A program made the translations under genes and the position numbers. A model generated the notes under the pieces. The model was not told the origin of the DNA. It worked only from the letters and a program-made list of their open reading frames with translations, and made no database searches. This document shows positions 8,558 through 17,147 of a DNA stretch of 64,000 bases, piece by piece. Source of the DNA: Desulfobulbaceae bacterium. Lineage in GTDB: Bacteria; Desulfobacterota; Desulfobulbia; Desulfobulbales; Desulfocapsaceae. The stretch is from assembly GCA_031287565.1 (NCBI GenBank), contig JAITSS010000001.1:9752-73751 (forward strand), written 5' to 3'. Every line of letters begins with the position of its first letter. Positions within the stretch are counted from its first letter, which is position 1.

Positions 8558-9270
8558 CAAATATCGTGCCAGCACCCTTTATGGCGCTGAAAAGACGATG
8601 ATGAGCGCTACCGCGCCTCGAACCGAACCTGTCACAGCCTGTGATTTTACAGGGAAACCCTTCGACTCGCCGATGGCGAACAAAACAAAGCGATGTTTCC
8701 TTCGTGTAGCTCACGATAGAATCCAATTTATCTAGCGAGAAATGAGAGTATTAAGTCTGTGGGCGCGAGCAAGTTTTACAATTGGCCTATTGAAGCAATA
8801 TTGACACCAAATGGCAACAAAATTTCCATTGAAAGGCCAGGGCGACAAGGCCGACCACGACCAATTCGATGGAAGGCCGCGCCGACTGACGTCCCACCAT
8901 CCTGCCGCCGTCGCCCTTTCCCGTCTTCGTCACGCCATTCTAAAATGCGCCCTTCCGGAAAAAGATGAGCTTTTTTATGGCCTGTTACTGACACAAAAAG
9001 ATAGAGGCAGTGGGTTGGAACGAATAGGCTTGCGGCTCACTCGTCCTTGCTTATGTGTCGATATAGTTAAATTTTTAGTTATATAGAGCCAAAAAAAAAA
9101 TCAGCGGCTTTGCTTTTTTTGCCCGCCGGACATGTCCGCGATTGCGCCAATTCCCGATCTTCTTGACTTGCCTCTTTCTTCCAACATATCCTTGTCGGAA
9201 TCCGTTCAAGTCGTCAGGCGTCGCGCCTGAAGGGGCGGGAGAGCATAATTCACCACAAGGAGGAGTCATC

Positions 9271-10023
9271 ATGGGGACGATTGATTTTGTCAGGGCGGAT
9301 CGGCGGCATTTCTCGGATTTCGGCTGGTTGCAGACCTACTGGCTGTTTTCCTTTTCCAACTATTTCGACCCGAACAACATTCAGTTCGGCGCGTTGCGGG
9401 TGTTTAACGATGACGTAGTGGCGCCGGGCACCGGCTTTCCCACCCATCCGCACGATGAAATGGAAATTGTCACTGTGGTGCTTGATGGCGAAATGACCCA
9501 CCAAGACAGCATGGGCAACAAAACCGTGATTAAAGCAGGCGATGTGCAGCGGATGTCGGCGGGCACTGGCCTGACCCATTCCGAGTTGAATCTCTCCGAC
9601 CGCGACGTGCATTTTTACCAGATATGGATATTCCCCGACCAGCGCGAACTGAAACCAAGCTACGCCCAGCTGACCTTTGCGCCTGCCGACTGGCATAACA
9701 AATTATTACCTATCGCATCCGGTCAGGATATTGCCAACACGGTGACGTTTCACACCGCCGGCACCATCTATCGTTGCGCCTTGGATGCCGGAAGAGAAGT
9801 CATCCATCAGTCCACGCGCGGGCGGCGGATTTTTACCTATCTCACCAAAGGCGCTATGAACGTCAACGGCCTGTCGATGGCCTGCAAAGACCAGGCGCGC
9901 ATTGATGTCGATGAACCGCTCACCTTCAAAGCCGAAGAAGCCTCGGAATTCATCCTGATTGATGTGCCTTCCTGCAAAGGCTGGGGCTACAGCCAGGAAA
10001 CCCTGCGCGGCGGCAGGAAATAG
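9271..10023 (+). CDS. Pirin family protein (bicupin)
   Basis: 'FPTHPHDEMEIVTVVLDGEMTHQDSMGN' cupin metal motif. AAGGAGG lies 7 nt upstream of ATG 9271. Confidence 0.85.
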   Translation: MGTIDFVRADRRHFSDFGWLQTYWLFSFSNYFDPNNIQFGALRVFNDDVVAPGTGFPTHPHDEMEIVTVVLDGEMTHQDSMGNKTVIKAGDVQRMSAGTGLTHSELNLSDRDVHFYQIWIFPDQRELKPSYAQLTFAPADWHNKLLPIASGQDIANTVTFHTAGTIYRCALDAGREVIHQSTRGRRIFTYLTKGAMNVNGLSMACKDQARIDVDEPLTFKAEEASEFILIDVPSCKGWGYSQETLRGGRK

Positions 10024-10149
10024 CCGTTCCGCTAGTCTCCTCTCCGCGCCACGGGTGACACAAAAGCAATAGCCGGTTGGCTTTTTACCCGTGGCGTATT
10101 ATTGTCGCGGAAAATTTTTCCACCTTTTTCCAACCGAGAGGAGCCTTCC

Positions 10150-10986
10150 ATGTGGGAATATACCGATAAGGTTCAGGAGCATTTCTTAAATCCGCGCAAC
10201 GTCGGTGAAATTGCCGATGCCGATGGTGTCGGCGACGTCGGCTCGCTGGCCTGCGGCGACGCCTTAAAACTCACCTTGAAAATTGAGGACGGCAGAATCG
10301 CCGACGCCAAATTCAAGACCTTTGGCTGCGCCTCGGCCATCGCCTCATCTTCGGCTTTAACTGAAATGGTGATTGGCAAAACCCTTGAGGATGCGAGCAA
10401 AATCACCAACGAGGACATTGCCAATTATCTCGGCGGCTTACCGAAAGAAAAGATGCACTGCTCGGTGATGGGCCGCGAGGCGCTGGAAGCGGCGATTGCC
10501 AATTATAAGGGTTTGGTTCTGCCGATGGCCCAGGGCGAGGTGGTCTGCGAGTGTTTCGGCGTCACCGACCTGGAAATCATCCGCGCCATTCAAGAGTCGC
10601 ATCTGCGCTCGCTTGAGGAAATCACCAATTTCACCAAGGCCGGCGGCGGTTGCGGCAAGTGCGAGGAAAAGCTGCGGGCGATTCTGCAAAAGACCGCGCA
10701 GGGTGAAATTGCCCAAGCCGCCGCGCCGGATAAACCCAAACGCATGACCACCTTGCAAAAGGTGAAAAAAATAGAAGAAGCGCTGGAGCGGGAAATCCGT
10801 CCGATTCTGAAAAAAGACGGCGGCGACATTGAGTTGCTCGATGTCGATGGCGATATCGTCACCGTGGCCATGCGCGGCGCCTGCGGCAGCTGCGCCATGA
10901 GCCAGACGACGATTAAAGAATATGTGGAAAAGAAATTGCGCGAGCTGGTTGTAGACAGCCTGATTGTCGAGGAGGGCGCGCTATGA
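10150..10986 (+). CDS. nifU: Fe-S cluster assembly scaffold NifU (IscU-like N-domain, central ferredoxin-like domain, C-terminal Nfu domain)
   Basis: 'GSLACGDALKL', 'KTFGCASAIASS', 'HCSVMG'. Central 'CECFGV...GGGCGKC'. C-terminal 'GACGSCAMS'. Confidence 0.9.
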   Translation: MWEYTDKVQEHFLNPRNVGEIADADGVGDVGSLACGDALKLTLKIEDGRIADAKFKTFGCASAIASSSALTEMVIGKTLEDASKITNEDIANYLGGLPKEKMHCSVMGREALEAAIANYKGLVLPMAQGEVVCECFGVTDLEIIRAIQESHLRSLEEITNFTKAGGGCGKCEEKLRAILQKTAQGEIAQAAAPDKPKRMTTLQKVKKIEEALEREIRPILKKDGGDIELLDVDGDIVTVAMRGACGSCAMSQTTIKEYVEKKLRELVVDSLIVEEGAL

Positions 10987-12158
10987 GCGGGCGCATCATT
11001 TATCTCGATAATAACGCGACGACACAGATTGCCCCGGAAGTGCGCGAGGCGATGATGCCTTATCTCACCGATTTGTATGGCAATCCATCCAGTATGTACA
11101 GCTTTGCCGCCAGCGCCGCCGCCGGGCTGAAAGAGGCGCGGGCCAAAGTGGCGGCGCTTTTAGGCGCGTCGCCGGACGAAATCGTCTTCACCAGTTGCGG
11201 CACCGAAAGCGATTCGACGGCGATTCTGTCGGCGATCAGGACATTTCCGGAGAAACGGCACATTATCACGACCAGGGTCGAACATCCGGCGGTGAAAAAC
11301 CTCTGCGAAAACATCAGCTTATTCACCGGCCACAAATACCGGCTGACGCAACTGAAGGTTAATGAAAAGGGAATGCTTGATCTGGCCGAATATGAAGCGG
11401 CCTTAGGTGACGACACCGCCATCGTTTCGGTGATGTGGGCCAACAATGAAACCGGCGTCGTCTTCCCGATTGCTGAAATGGCGAAGATGGCCAGGAAGCG
11501 CGGCATTCTCTTTCATACCGACGCCGTGCAAGCCGTTGGCAAAATGCCGATCAATCTGGCGGCGCTGGATGTCGATTTTCTTTCTCTTTCCGGACATAAA
11601 TTGCACGCGCCGAAGGGCGTTGGTGTTTTGTATGTCAGGAAAGGCTCTCCCTTCACCCCATTTCTCATCGGCGGCCACCAGGAACGCGGGCGGCGCGGCG
11701 GCACCGAAAACGCCGCGTCCATTGTCGGCCTGGGCAAGGCCAGCGAGCTGGCGGCGGCTAATATGGAAACCGACAACAGCCGCGTGCGCGCTCTGCGCGA
11801 CCGCCTGGAAGAAGGGCTGCTCGCTCGCATCCCCAAATCGATTCTGAATGGCGACAAAAGTCATCGTCTGCCCAATACCTGCAACATCAGTTTCGAGTTT
11901 GTCGAAGGCGAATCGATTCTTTTGCACATGAACCAGATCGGCATCTGCGCCTCGTCAGGTTCAGCCTGCACCTCCGGCTCGCTGGAACCGTCGCACGTGC
12001 TGCGGGCGATGGGCGTGCCGTTTACCGCCGCCCACGGCTCGATTCGGTTTTCTTTGAGCGTGTACAATACGGAAGAAGAAATTGATTTGGTTCTGGGAGC
12101 GCTGCCGCCGATTATCGCCTCATTACGCGCCTTGTCGCCGTTTTGGAAGGAAGAGTAG
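10983..12158 (+). CDS. nifS: Cysteine desulfurase NifS
   Basis: PLP lysine motif 'SLSGHKLHAPKGVG'. Active-site loop 'SSGSACTSG'. ATGA overlap with nifU. Confidence 0.9.
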   Translation: MSGRIIYLDNNATTQIAPEVREAMMPYLTDLYGNPSSMYSFAASAAAGLKEARAKVAALLGASPDEIVFTSCGTESDSTAILSAIRTFPEKRHIITTRVEHPAVKNLCENISLFTGHKYRLTQLKVNEKGMLDLAEYEAALGDDTAIVSVMWANNETGVVFPIAEMAKMARKRGILFHTDAVQAVGKMPINLAALDVDFLSLSGHKLHAPKGVGVLYVRKGSPFTPFLIGGHQERGRRGGTENAASIVGLGKASELAAANMETDNSRVRALRDRLEEGLLARIPKSILNGDKSHRLPNTCNISFEFVEGESILLHMNQIGICASSGSACTSGSLEPSHVLRAMGVPFTAAHGSIRFSLSVYNTEEEIDLVLGALPPIIASLRALSPFWKEE

Positions 12159-12160
12159 CC

Positions 12161-13072
12161 ATGCTTGTTGTCGCCCCATCGTATGAAATTCAGGACGCGC
12201 TCGACCATCTGCCGTTGCCGGTGGCGCTGGAGACGCGCGGGCGCGTCTGCTACAAGAGCGAAGAGAAAATCAGCGGCGATTCGGCGATTCCCTTTGTTGA
12301 AGGCATTGTCCGACGCGGCCATGGCTCGGTTTTGGAAATGGCGGTGGTGACGGCGGAAATCGCCTGCTCTCCGACGGACGCCGCCGCTTTTTTCGCCTTG
12401 CAGCCGCGTTTTTTTGTGATTGATAAACGCGAGGGCGGCCTTCTTGTCACCGCCTCAATCCGCGCCCTGCGGGAACTGGCGACATCCGCTGCGGCGGACG
12501 CCGTGGTCGCCACTTTCGCCTGCGCGGTGTCCGCGAAATATCCCTTTCTTTTCGCGGACATAAACCTGGCCACGCCAAGTCTTGCGCCGCCGCGTTTGTA
12601 TTCCGTCAGCGAAATCGACGCCTGGCCGCAAGCGCTTTTGGCCAGGCACCGCTTTCTCGGCGTCAAATTTGTCGTCAGCCGCGCCGTCAGCCACGAACTG
12701 GTGCGGCATCGGGTCTGCTCGTTTTTGCAGGAAAGCCAGCGCTACTGCAACTACGGTCGGGCACAGTTCGACCGGCGCGTCTCCTTTATCCGCCCAGTAT
12801 TTTATCAGGAAAACAGTGAAGAATTCGCCATTTGGCAACAATCTATGGAAGAGGCCGAATCCGCCTATCTGCGCCTCTTACGCAACTCAACCCCACAGGC
12901 GGCCAGGACGGTTTTACCCAATTCCTGCAAAACCGAAATCGTCGTGTACTGCAACCTGGCCGAATGGCGGCATATGTTCAGGCTGCGCACTGCAAGCGCC
13001 GCCGAGCCGTCCATGCGCGAGGTCATGCTGCCGCTGCAAGCCGAATTACGGCGACGTTATTCATTCCTCTGA
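12161..13072 (+). CDS. thyX: FAD-dependent thymidylate synthase ThyX
   Basis: ThyX motif 'SHELVRHRVCSFLQESQRY' (RHRxxSxxxxSxRY). Confidence 0.85.
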   Translation: MLVVAPSYEIQDALDHLPLPVALETRGRVCYKSEEKISGDSAIPFVEGIVRRGHGSVLEMAVVTAEIACSPTDAAAFFALQPRFFVIDKREGGLLVTASIRALRELATSAAADAVVATFACAVSAKYPFLFADINLATPSLAPPRLYSVSEIDAWPQALLARHRFLGVKFVVSRAVSHELVRHRVCSFLQESQRYCNYGRAQFDRRVSFIRPVFYQENSEEFAIWQQSMEEAESAYLRLLRNSTPQAARTVLPNSCKTEIVVYCNLAEWRHMFRLRTASAAEPSMREVMLPLQAELRRRYSFL

Positions 13073-13302
13073 TTCAGCCCCGCCTCACCGCCGCCGCACG
13101 CCTTCTCTGGAAAAGGAAATAAGCCATAAATCAAAATAATCCATAGGTTGCATCATTTGCGATTGACAGCCGCCCGCGCCTAGGATAAGCAGGCGAAATT
13201 CTGTAGCTTGGGAGAACAGGGAGTGGCGTGAAGCAGCCGAACCGAGGGAGATGACACGGCGCGGCGATTTAGATACATGTTCTGAGAAAGGAGGCTTTTT
13301 TT

Positions 13303-14760
13303 ATGTCATCTGGAAAAGGGGCGTTCACCGAAGACAAAGTAGCTCTCTTGATAGGAAGTTTCATCTTCCTATTGGCGCTGTTCAAATTTTACGAAATCGA
13401 CTTGCTGGGCTGGGTGGTCAAAACCGGCATGTGGGTCGATAATCCGCTCGGCGCCTGGAAACCGGCGGCCAAAGGCATGGCCTTAGCCGGTTGGCAATCG
13501 GCGCTCGTCACCTGGGTGGCGCTGACGGCGGCCTTGTCGTTCGGCATCAAGCTGCTTGGCGGCAATGTTGGCAAGTTCGCGACTTCATTCACCATTGTCT
13601 TTTTTATCGCCTTCATCTGCTACATGCTGGGGGCCAACGCCTACATCGCCGCCAACTCCACCCAAATCGGGCCGGAAACCAAATACCCAATCGCCTGGTC
13701 CATGGGATTAAGCACCGAGGCCGGGTTGATTATCGCTCTGGTCGCGGGCATTCTGATCAGCAACTTCGCGCCAGGTTTCGCTGACAGTCTGCGCGACGCC
13801 TGCCGCCCGGAACTGTTCGTGAAAATCGCCATCGTCATCATGGGCGCGGAGCTGGGCGTGAAAGCCGCCGGCGCCGCCGGTTACGCCGGTCATGTTATCT
13901 TCCGAGGACTATGCGCCATTGTTGAAGCCTATCTCTTGTATTGGGCAGTTGTCTACTATGTTTCGCGCAAATATTTCAAATTTTCCAAAGAGTGGGCCGC
14001 GCCTCTGGCCTCCGGCATTTCCATCTGCGGCGTGTCGGCCTCAATCGCCACCGGGGCGGCGATTCGCGCCCGGCCCATCGTGCCGATCATGGTGTCGTCT
14101 CTGGTCGTGGTGTTCACCTGTATTGAAATGCTGATTCTGCCCTTCGTCGCCTCCTGGTTCCTGACCTCCGAGCCGATGGTGGCCGGTGGTTGGATGGGTC
14201 TGGCCGTAAAATCCGACGGCGGCGCGATCGCCAGCGGCGCGATCACCGAATCGCTGATCCTTGCCAAAGCCGCAGAAACCATGGGCGTCAAATGGACGCC
14301 AGGTTGGATCGTCATGGTGACGACCACGGTAAAAATCTTCATCGACATTTTCATCGGCGTATGGGCCTTGGTGCTGGCCTGGATTTGGAGCGCCAAATTC
14401 GATAAAACCGGCGGCGAGCGCACCATGGGCTGGGCGGATGTCTGGGATCGTTTTCCGCGTTTCGTACTGGGTTATCTGGCTACTTTTCTGATTCTCCTCA
14501 TCATCTGCCTTCAGTCAACGGAGCTGGCCAAAGCCGGCAAAGGACTGTCCGACGCCATCAACGGCTTCCGGGTTATTTTCTTCCTGCTGACATTTTTCAC
14601 CATCGGCATGGTCTCGAACTTCCGCAAACTGATGGAAGAAGGCATCGGACGGCTGGCACTGGTCTACATCGTCTGCCTGTTCGGATTCATCATCTGGGTC
14701 GGCCTGTTCATTTCCTGGGCCTTCTTCCATGGCATGACGCCGCCGGTGGTCGCGGGCTGA
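13303..14760 (+). CDS. YeiH/UPF0324-family membrane protein (putative sulfate exporter family transporter), long form
   Basis: Polytopic 485-aa ORF with the family-typical 'GISICGVSASIATGAAI'. GAAAGGAGG lies upstream of the ATG. Confidence 0.7.
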   Translation: MSSGKGAFTEDKVALLIGSFIFLLALFKFYEIDLLGWVVKTGMWVDNPLGAWKPAAKGMALAGWQSALVTWVALTAALSFGIKLLGGNVGKFATSFTIVFFIAFICYMLGANAYIAANSTQIGPETKYPIAWSMGLSTEAGLIIALVAGILISNFAPGFADSLRDACRPELFVKIAIVIMGAELGVKAAGAAGYAGHVIFRGLCAIVEAYLLYWAVVYYVSRKYFKFSKEWAAPLASGISICGVSASIATGAAIRARPIVPIMVSSLVVVFTCIEMLILPFVASWFLTSEPMVAGGWMGLAVKSDGGAIASGAITESLILAKAAETMGVKWTPGWIVMVTTTVKIFIDIFIGVWALVLAWIWSAKFDKTGGERTMGWADVWDRFPRFVLGYLATFLILLIICLQSTELAKAGKGLSDAINGFRVIFFLLTFFTIGMVSNFRKLMEEGIGRLALVYIVCLFGFIIWVGLFISWAFFHGMTPPVVAG

Positions 14761-14790
14761 CAACGGCTTATTCTTAAGGAGAACAAAGAG

Positions 14791-14958
14791 ATGGAAGCAA
14801 AAAAAGATGTCAAGTTTCATGAAGAAGTCCAGAAGATGGACTATGAGCCGCTAGACGAAACCGAAATGAAACTCATCCGCTGGAGCATCGGCTTGGGCAT
14901 TGGTTTGCTGGTGGTGCTGTTTATTGTCAGTAAATATCTGCTGCCGGGCGTCCATTAA
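14791..14958 (+). CDS. Small single-pass membrane protein (55 aa), below the ORF-track cutoff
   Basis: AAGGAG lies 9 nt upstream of ATG 14791. Translation: MEAKKDVKFHEEVQKMDYEPLDETEMKLIRWSIGLGIGLLVVLFIVSKYLLPGVH. It starts 30 nt after the transporter stop. Confidence 0.5.
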   Translation: MEAKKDVKFHEEVQKMDYEPLDETEMKLIRWSIGLGIGLLVVLFIVSKYLLPGVH

Positions 14959-14976
14959 ATAGTTGGCGCGGGCGGT

Positions 14977-15006
14977 GAAGCAATTTGAAGCAATTTGAAG
15001 TAATTG
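14977..15006. repeat. Three tandem 10-bp units GAAGCAATTT / GAAGCAATTT / GAAGTAATTG
   Basis: Read directly. The period equals one helical turn. Confidence 0.9.
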
Positions 15007-15060
15007 GGCGGGATGGGGCGGAAAGCCTTTTCCCGCCTGTTTTTTTGCGCTGGGGAATAT

Positions 15061-15276
15061 ATGCCGCGTTATCGGATTTGCTATATCGAAGGGCCGAACG
15101 GCTCACTGAAAAAAAGTCGGGAAACGGTGGTTGACGCCGCTTCTTTCGCTGAAGCGCTCGCCGCCTTCAGCCACTGGCCGGTGGTGGAAAATTACCAACA
15201 CACCACCGCCAGCGCCTGGAACCCCGGCACCTGTTTGTACTATCAGGAACTGTGGGAGGCGGAGCGGCTGGATTGA
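15061..15276 (+). CDS. Hypothetical protein (71 aa)
   Basis: ORF only; no recognisable motif and a weak SD. Confidence 0.3.
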   Translation: MPRYRICYIEGPNGSLKKSRETVVDAASFAEALAAFSHWPVVENYQHTTASAWNPGTCLYYQELWEAERLD

Positions 15277-15416
15277 TGGGGTGAAAAGAGAAAAAAATTG
15301 ACGATTACGCAAGCTTGTTAAGGACAATCCAAAAATCAATCTGATCGCCATGGGGATCAGCCCTGATTGCTTATCTTCGTCTCAGTGGTAGTAGGTTACA
15401 ATATCCGGAGGAAATT

Positions 15417-16436
15417 ATGGAAGACGCGAATTGGAACGCCGGGAAATTATTAGAATTATCAGGCGCGTACTGGGCCGGTTGCGCGGTACAGGCGGCGGTG
15501 CGGCTGGATGTGTTCACAGCGCTGGAACAGGGGGCGAGGGATGAAAACGAGCTGGCGGCGGCGCTTTCCTGCGACCGGCGCGGTTTTTCCATGCTGATAA
15601 CCGCGCTAGCCGCCTTGGGCCTCCTGACGCGGCGCGAAGCGGGGAAAGTCAGCGCCCCGGCAAATATCCTTGCTTTGTTGTCGAAAAATTCGCCGGATTA
15701 TCTGGGCTTTATCATCCAGCATCACGCCCATCTGATGCCCAGTTGGGCCAAGCTGGCCGAAGCGGTGCGCGAGGGACGGCCAACCAGAGAAAGTTCATCC
15801 CATACCGACAGCGACGCCGAGCGTGAGGCTTTTCTCTTCGGCATGTTCAACATCGCCCGCTTGCAGGCGGAAACCGTCGCCCAGGCACTCGATTTGTCCG
15901 AGCGGCGAACGCTCATCGACATCGGCGGTGGCCCTGGCACATATGCGGTGTATTTCTGCAAGAAGAACCCGAACTTGCAGGCGACAATTTTCGATTTGCC
16001 GACCACCGAGCCGTTCGCGAAAAAGATTGTCGCCCAGTATGGTTTGAGTGAGCGCATTGATTTTGCCAGCGGTAATTTTCTTGCTGGCGCTTTGCCAAAA
16101 GGTCAGGATGTGGCCTGGTTGTCGCAGGTGCTGCATGGCGAAACGCCTGCGGACGCCGAGAAACTCTTGCGAAACGCCGCCGCCTGCCTCAATCCCGGCG
16201 GTCTTCTCTGCGTGCAGGAATTTGTCTTGGATGATGACCGCGTCGGCCCAACGCACGCCGCGCTGTTCGCCCTCAACATGCTGGTCGGCACCGAGGGCGG
16301 CCAAACCTATACAACGAGCGAATTGGCGGGCATGATGGCTGAGGCCGGAGCGACGGAGGTAAACAGGCTCGATGCAAGCCTACCGCAGAGTTGCTGCGTG
16401 CTGGTTGGCAGAATGGGAGAAACGAATCCGAGATGA
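15417..16436 (+). CDS. O-methyltransferase family 2 (class I SAM-dependent, with N-terminal dimerisation/winged-helix domain)
   Basis: Motif I 'LIDIGGGPGTYAVYF'. 'ATIFDLP' and 'NPGGLLCVQEF' are also present. GGAGG lies upstream of the ATG. Confidence 0.8.
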   Translation: MEDANWNAGKLLELSGAYWAGCAVQAAVRLDVFTALEQGARDENELAAALSCDRRGFSMLITALAALGLLTRREAGKVSAPANILALLSKNSPDYLGFIIQHHAHLMPSWAKLAEAVREGRPTRESSSHTDSDAEREAFLFGMFNIARLQAETVAQALDLSERRTLIDIGGGPGTYAVYFCKKNPNLQATIFDLPTTEPFAKKIVAQYGLSERIDFASGNFLAGALPKGQDVAWLSQVLHGETPADAEKLLRNAAACLNPGGLLCVQEFVLDDDRVGPTHAALFALNMLVGTEGGQTYTTSELAGMMAEAGATEVNRLDASLPQSCCVLVGRMGETNPR

Positions 16437-16720
16437 AAGAGCATAAATCCTAACACTCGCTGGTGGCAACGCTTCGAGAATTTTGCCAAGGCTTTTCTGC
16501 GTCTGCAAGAGGCGATGGAAGCGGAACATCGCAAGCGGAGCGCAACGGGTTTATCCTGCGCTTTGAATTGACGCTGAAACTCGCCTGGAAAACGCTGAAG
16601 AATTTTCTGGAGGAACAGGGATTTTCCTTCAAACCGTCGCCCAAAGACACCATCCGGCTGGCCCGCCTGCATGAGGATTTCGCCGACAGCGACCGACCTG
16701 GTCGCGTTGATAATTGTTGA
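16433..16720 (+). pseudogene. Frameshifted remnant of an HI0074-type (HEPN) nucleotidyltransferase substrate-binding protein
   Basis: Homology is split over frames. 'MKEHKS*' sits in one frame and 'TRWWQRFENFAKAFLRLQEAMEAE' in a second. 'ERNGFILRFELTLKLAWKTLKNFLEEQGF..SPKDTIRLA' returns to the first frame. The 3' part is degraded. Confidence 0.5.
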
Positions 16721-17039
16721 GAATTCGCGACCATCGCCAATCCCGCTCTGAAGGAGCATATTTCAAAAGGTTGGCCGACAGATTTACCCGTCCTCGGCCT
16801 GACGCGCCGCCTGCCTGTCGCAGAGCAAAAGTCTCTACACAAGCCATACCTGAAGCGTGATAAAGCGCCCCGTTTGTGGTGAAAAGTTTGTGAACCACGA
16901 ACGGTTTCACCCTTCGATACGCTTCTCAGGGCAGACGGGAAAAACAACTTGTGTAGATACTTCTGGTTGCAGACAGGCGCTCTTTACCCGGAAATTCCCT
17001 GCATTTTCGTTTTTCTCTGGCGTATACTGAAAGACTGAC

Positions 17040-17112
17040 GCCTGCCTGGCGGCAGACAGGTCGGGTTTTCCCGTTTTTTCCACCCGCGCCGACCTGTCTG
17101 CATCAGGCAGGC
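17040..17112 (+). promoter_or_regulatory. Large imperfect inverted repeat (25/24-nt arms, 24-nt loop) 36 nt upstream of the pilB-like ATG
   Basis: GCCTGCCTGGCGGCAGACAGGTCGG ... CCGACCTGTCTGCATCAGGCAGGC. Extra GCAGAC(A/G)GG copies lie at 16931 and 16969. Confidence 0.6.
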
Positions 17113-17147
17113 GGCGCAAGCGGGTTGCATTCTGGAGGATAGACACG

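Noticed and set aside
8759-9086. Short ORFs 8759-8968(+), 8776-8994(-) and 8811-9086(+) in the long leader region.
   Set aside because: They overlap one another in different frames, are Arg/Pro/Gly-rich, and have no SD or motifs. The region is more likely non-coding (see the leader finding).
8450-9100. TPP, cobalamin or guanidine-I (ykkC) riboswitch in the ABC operon leader.
   Set aside because: I looked on the operon strand for the conserved cores. These were CUGAGA...ACCUGAUCUGGAUAAUGCCAGCG for TPP, the GCCACUG/B12 box for cobalamin, and GGUCCGAGAG...ACACGG for ykkC. I found only loose resemblances (for example GGGUGCUGGCAC, CUGUAAAAUCACAGGCUGUGAC), which is insufficient for a call.
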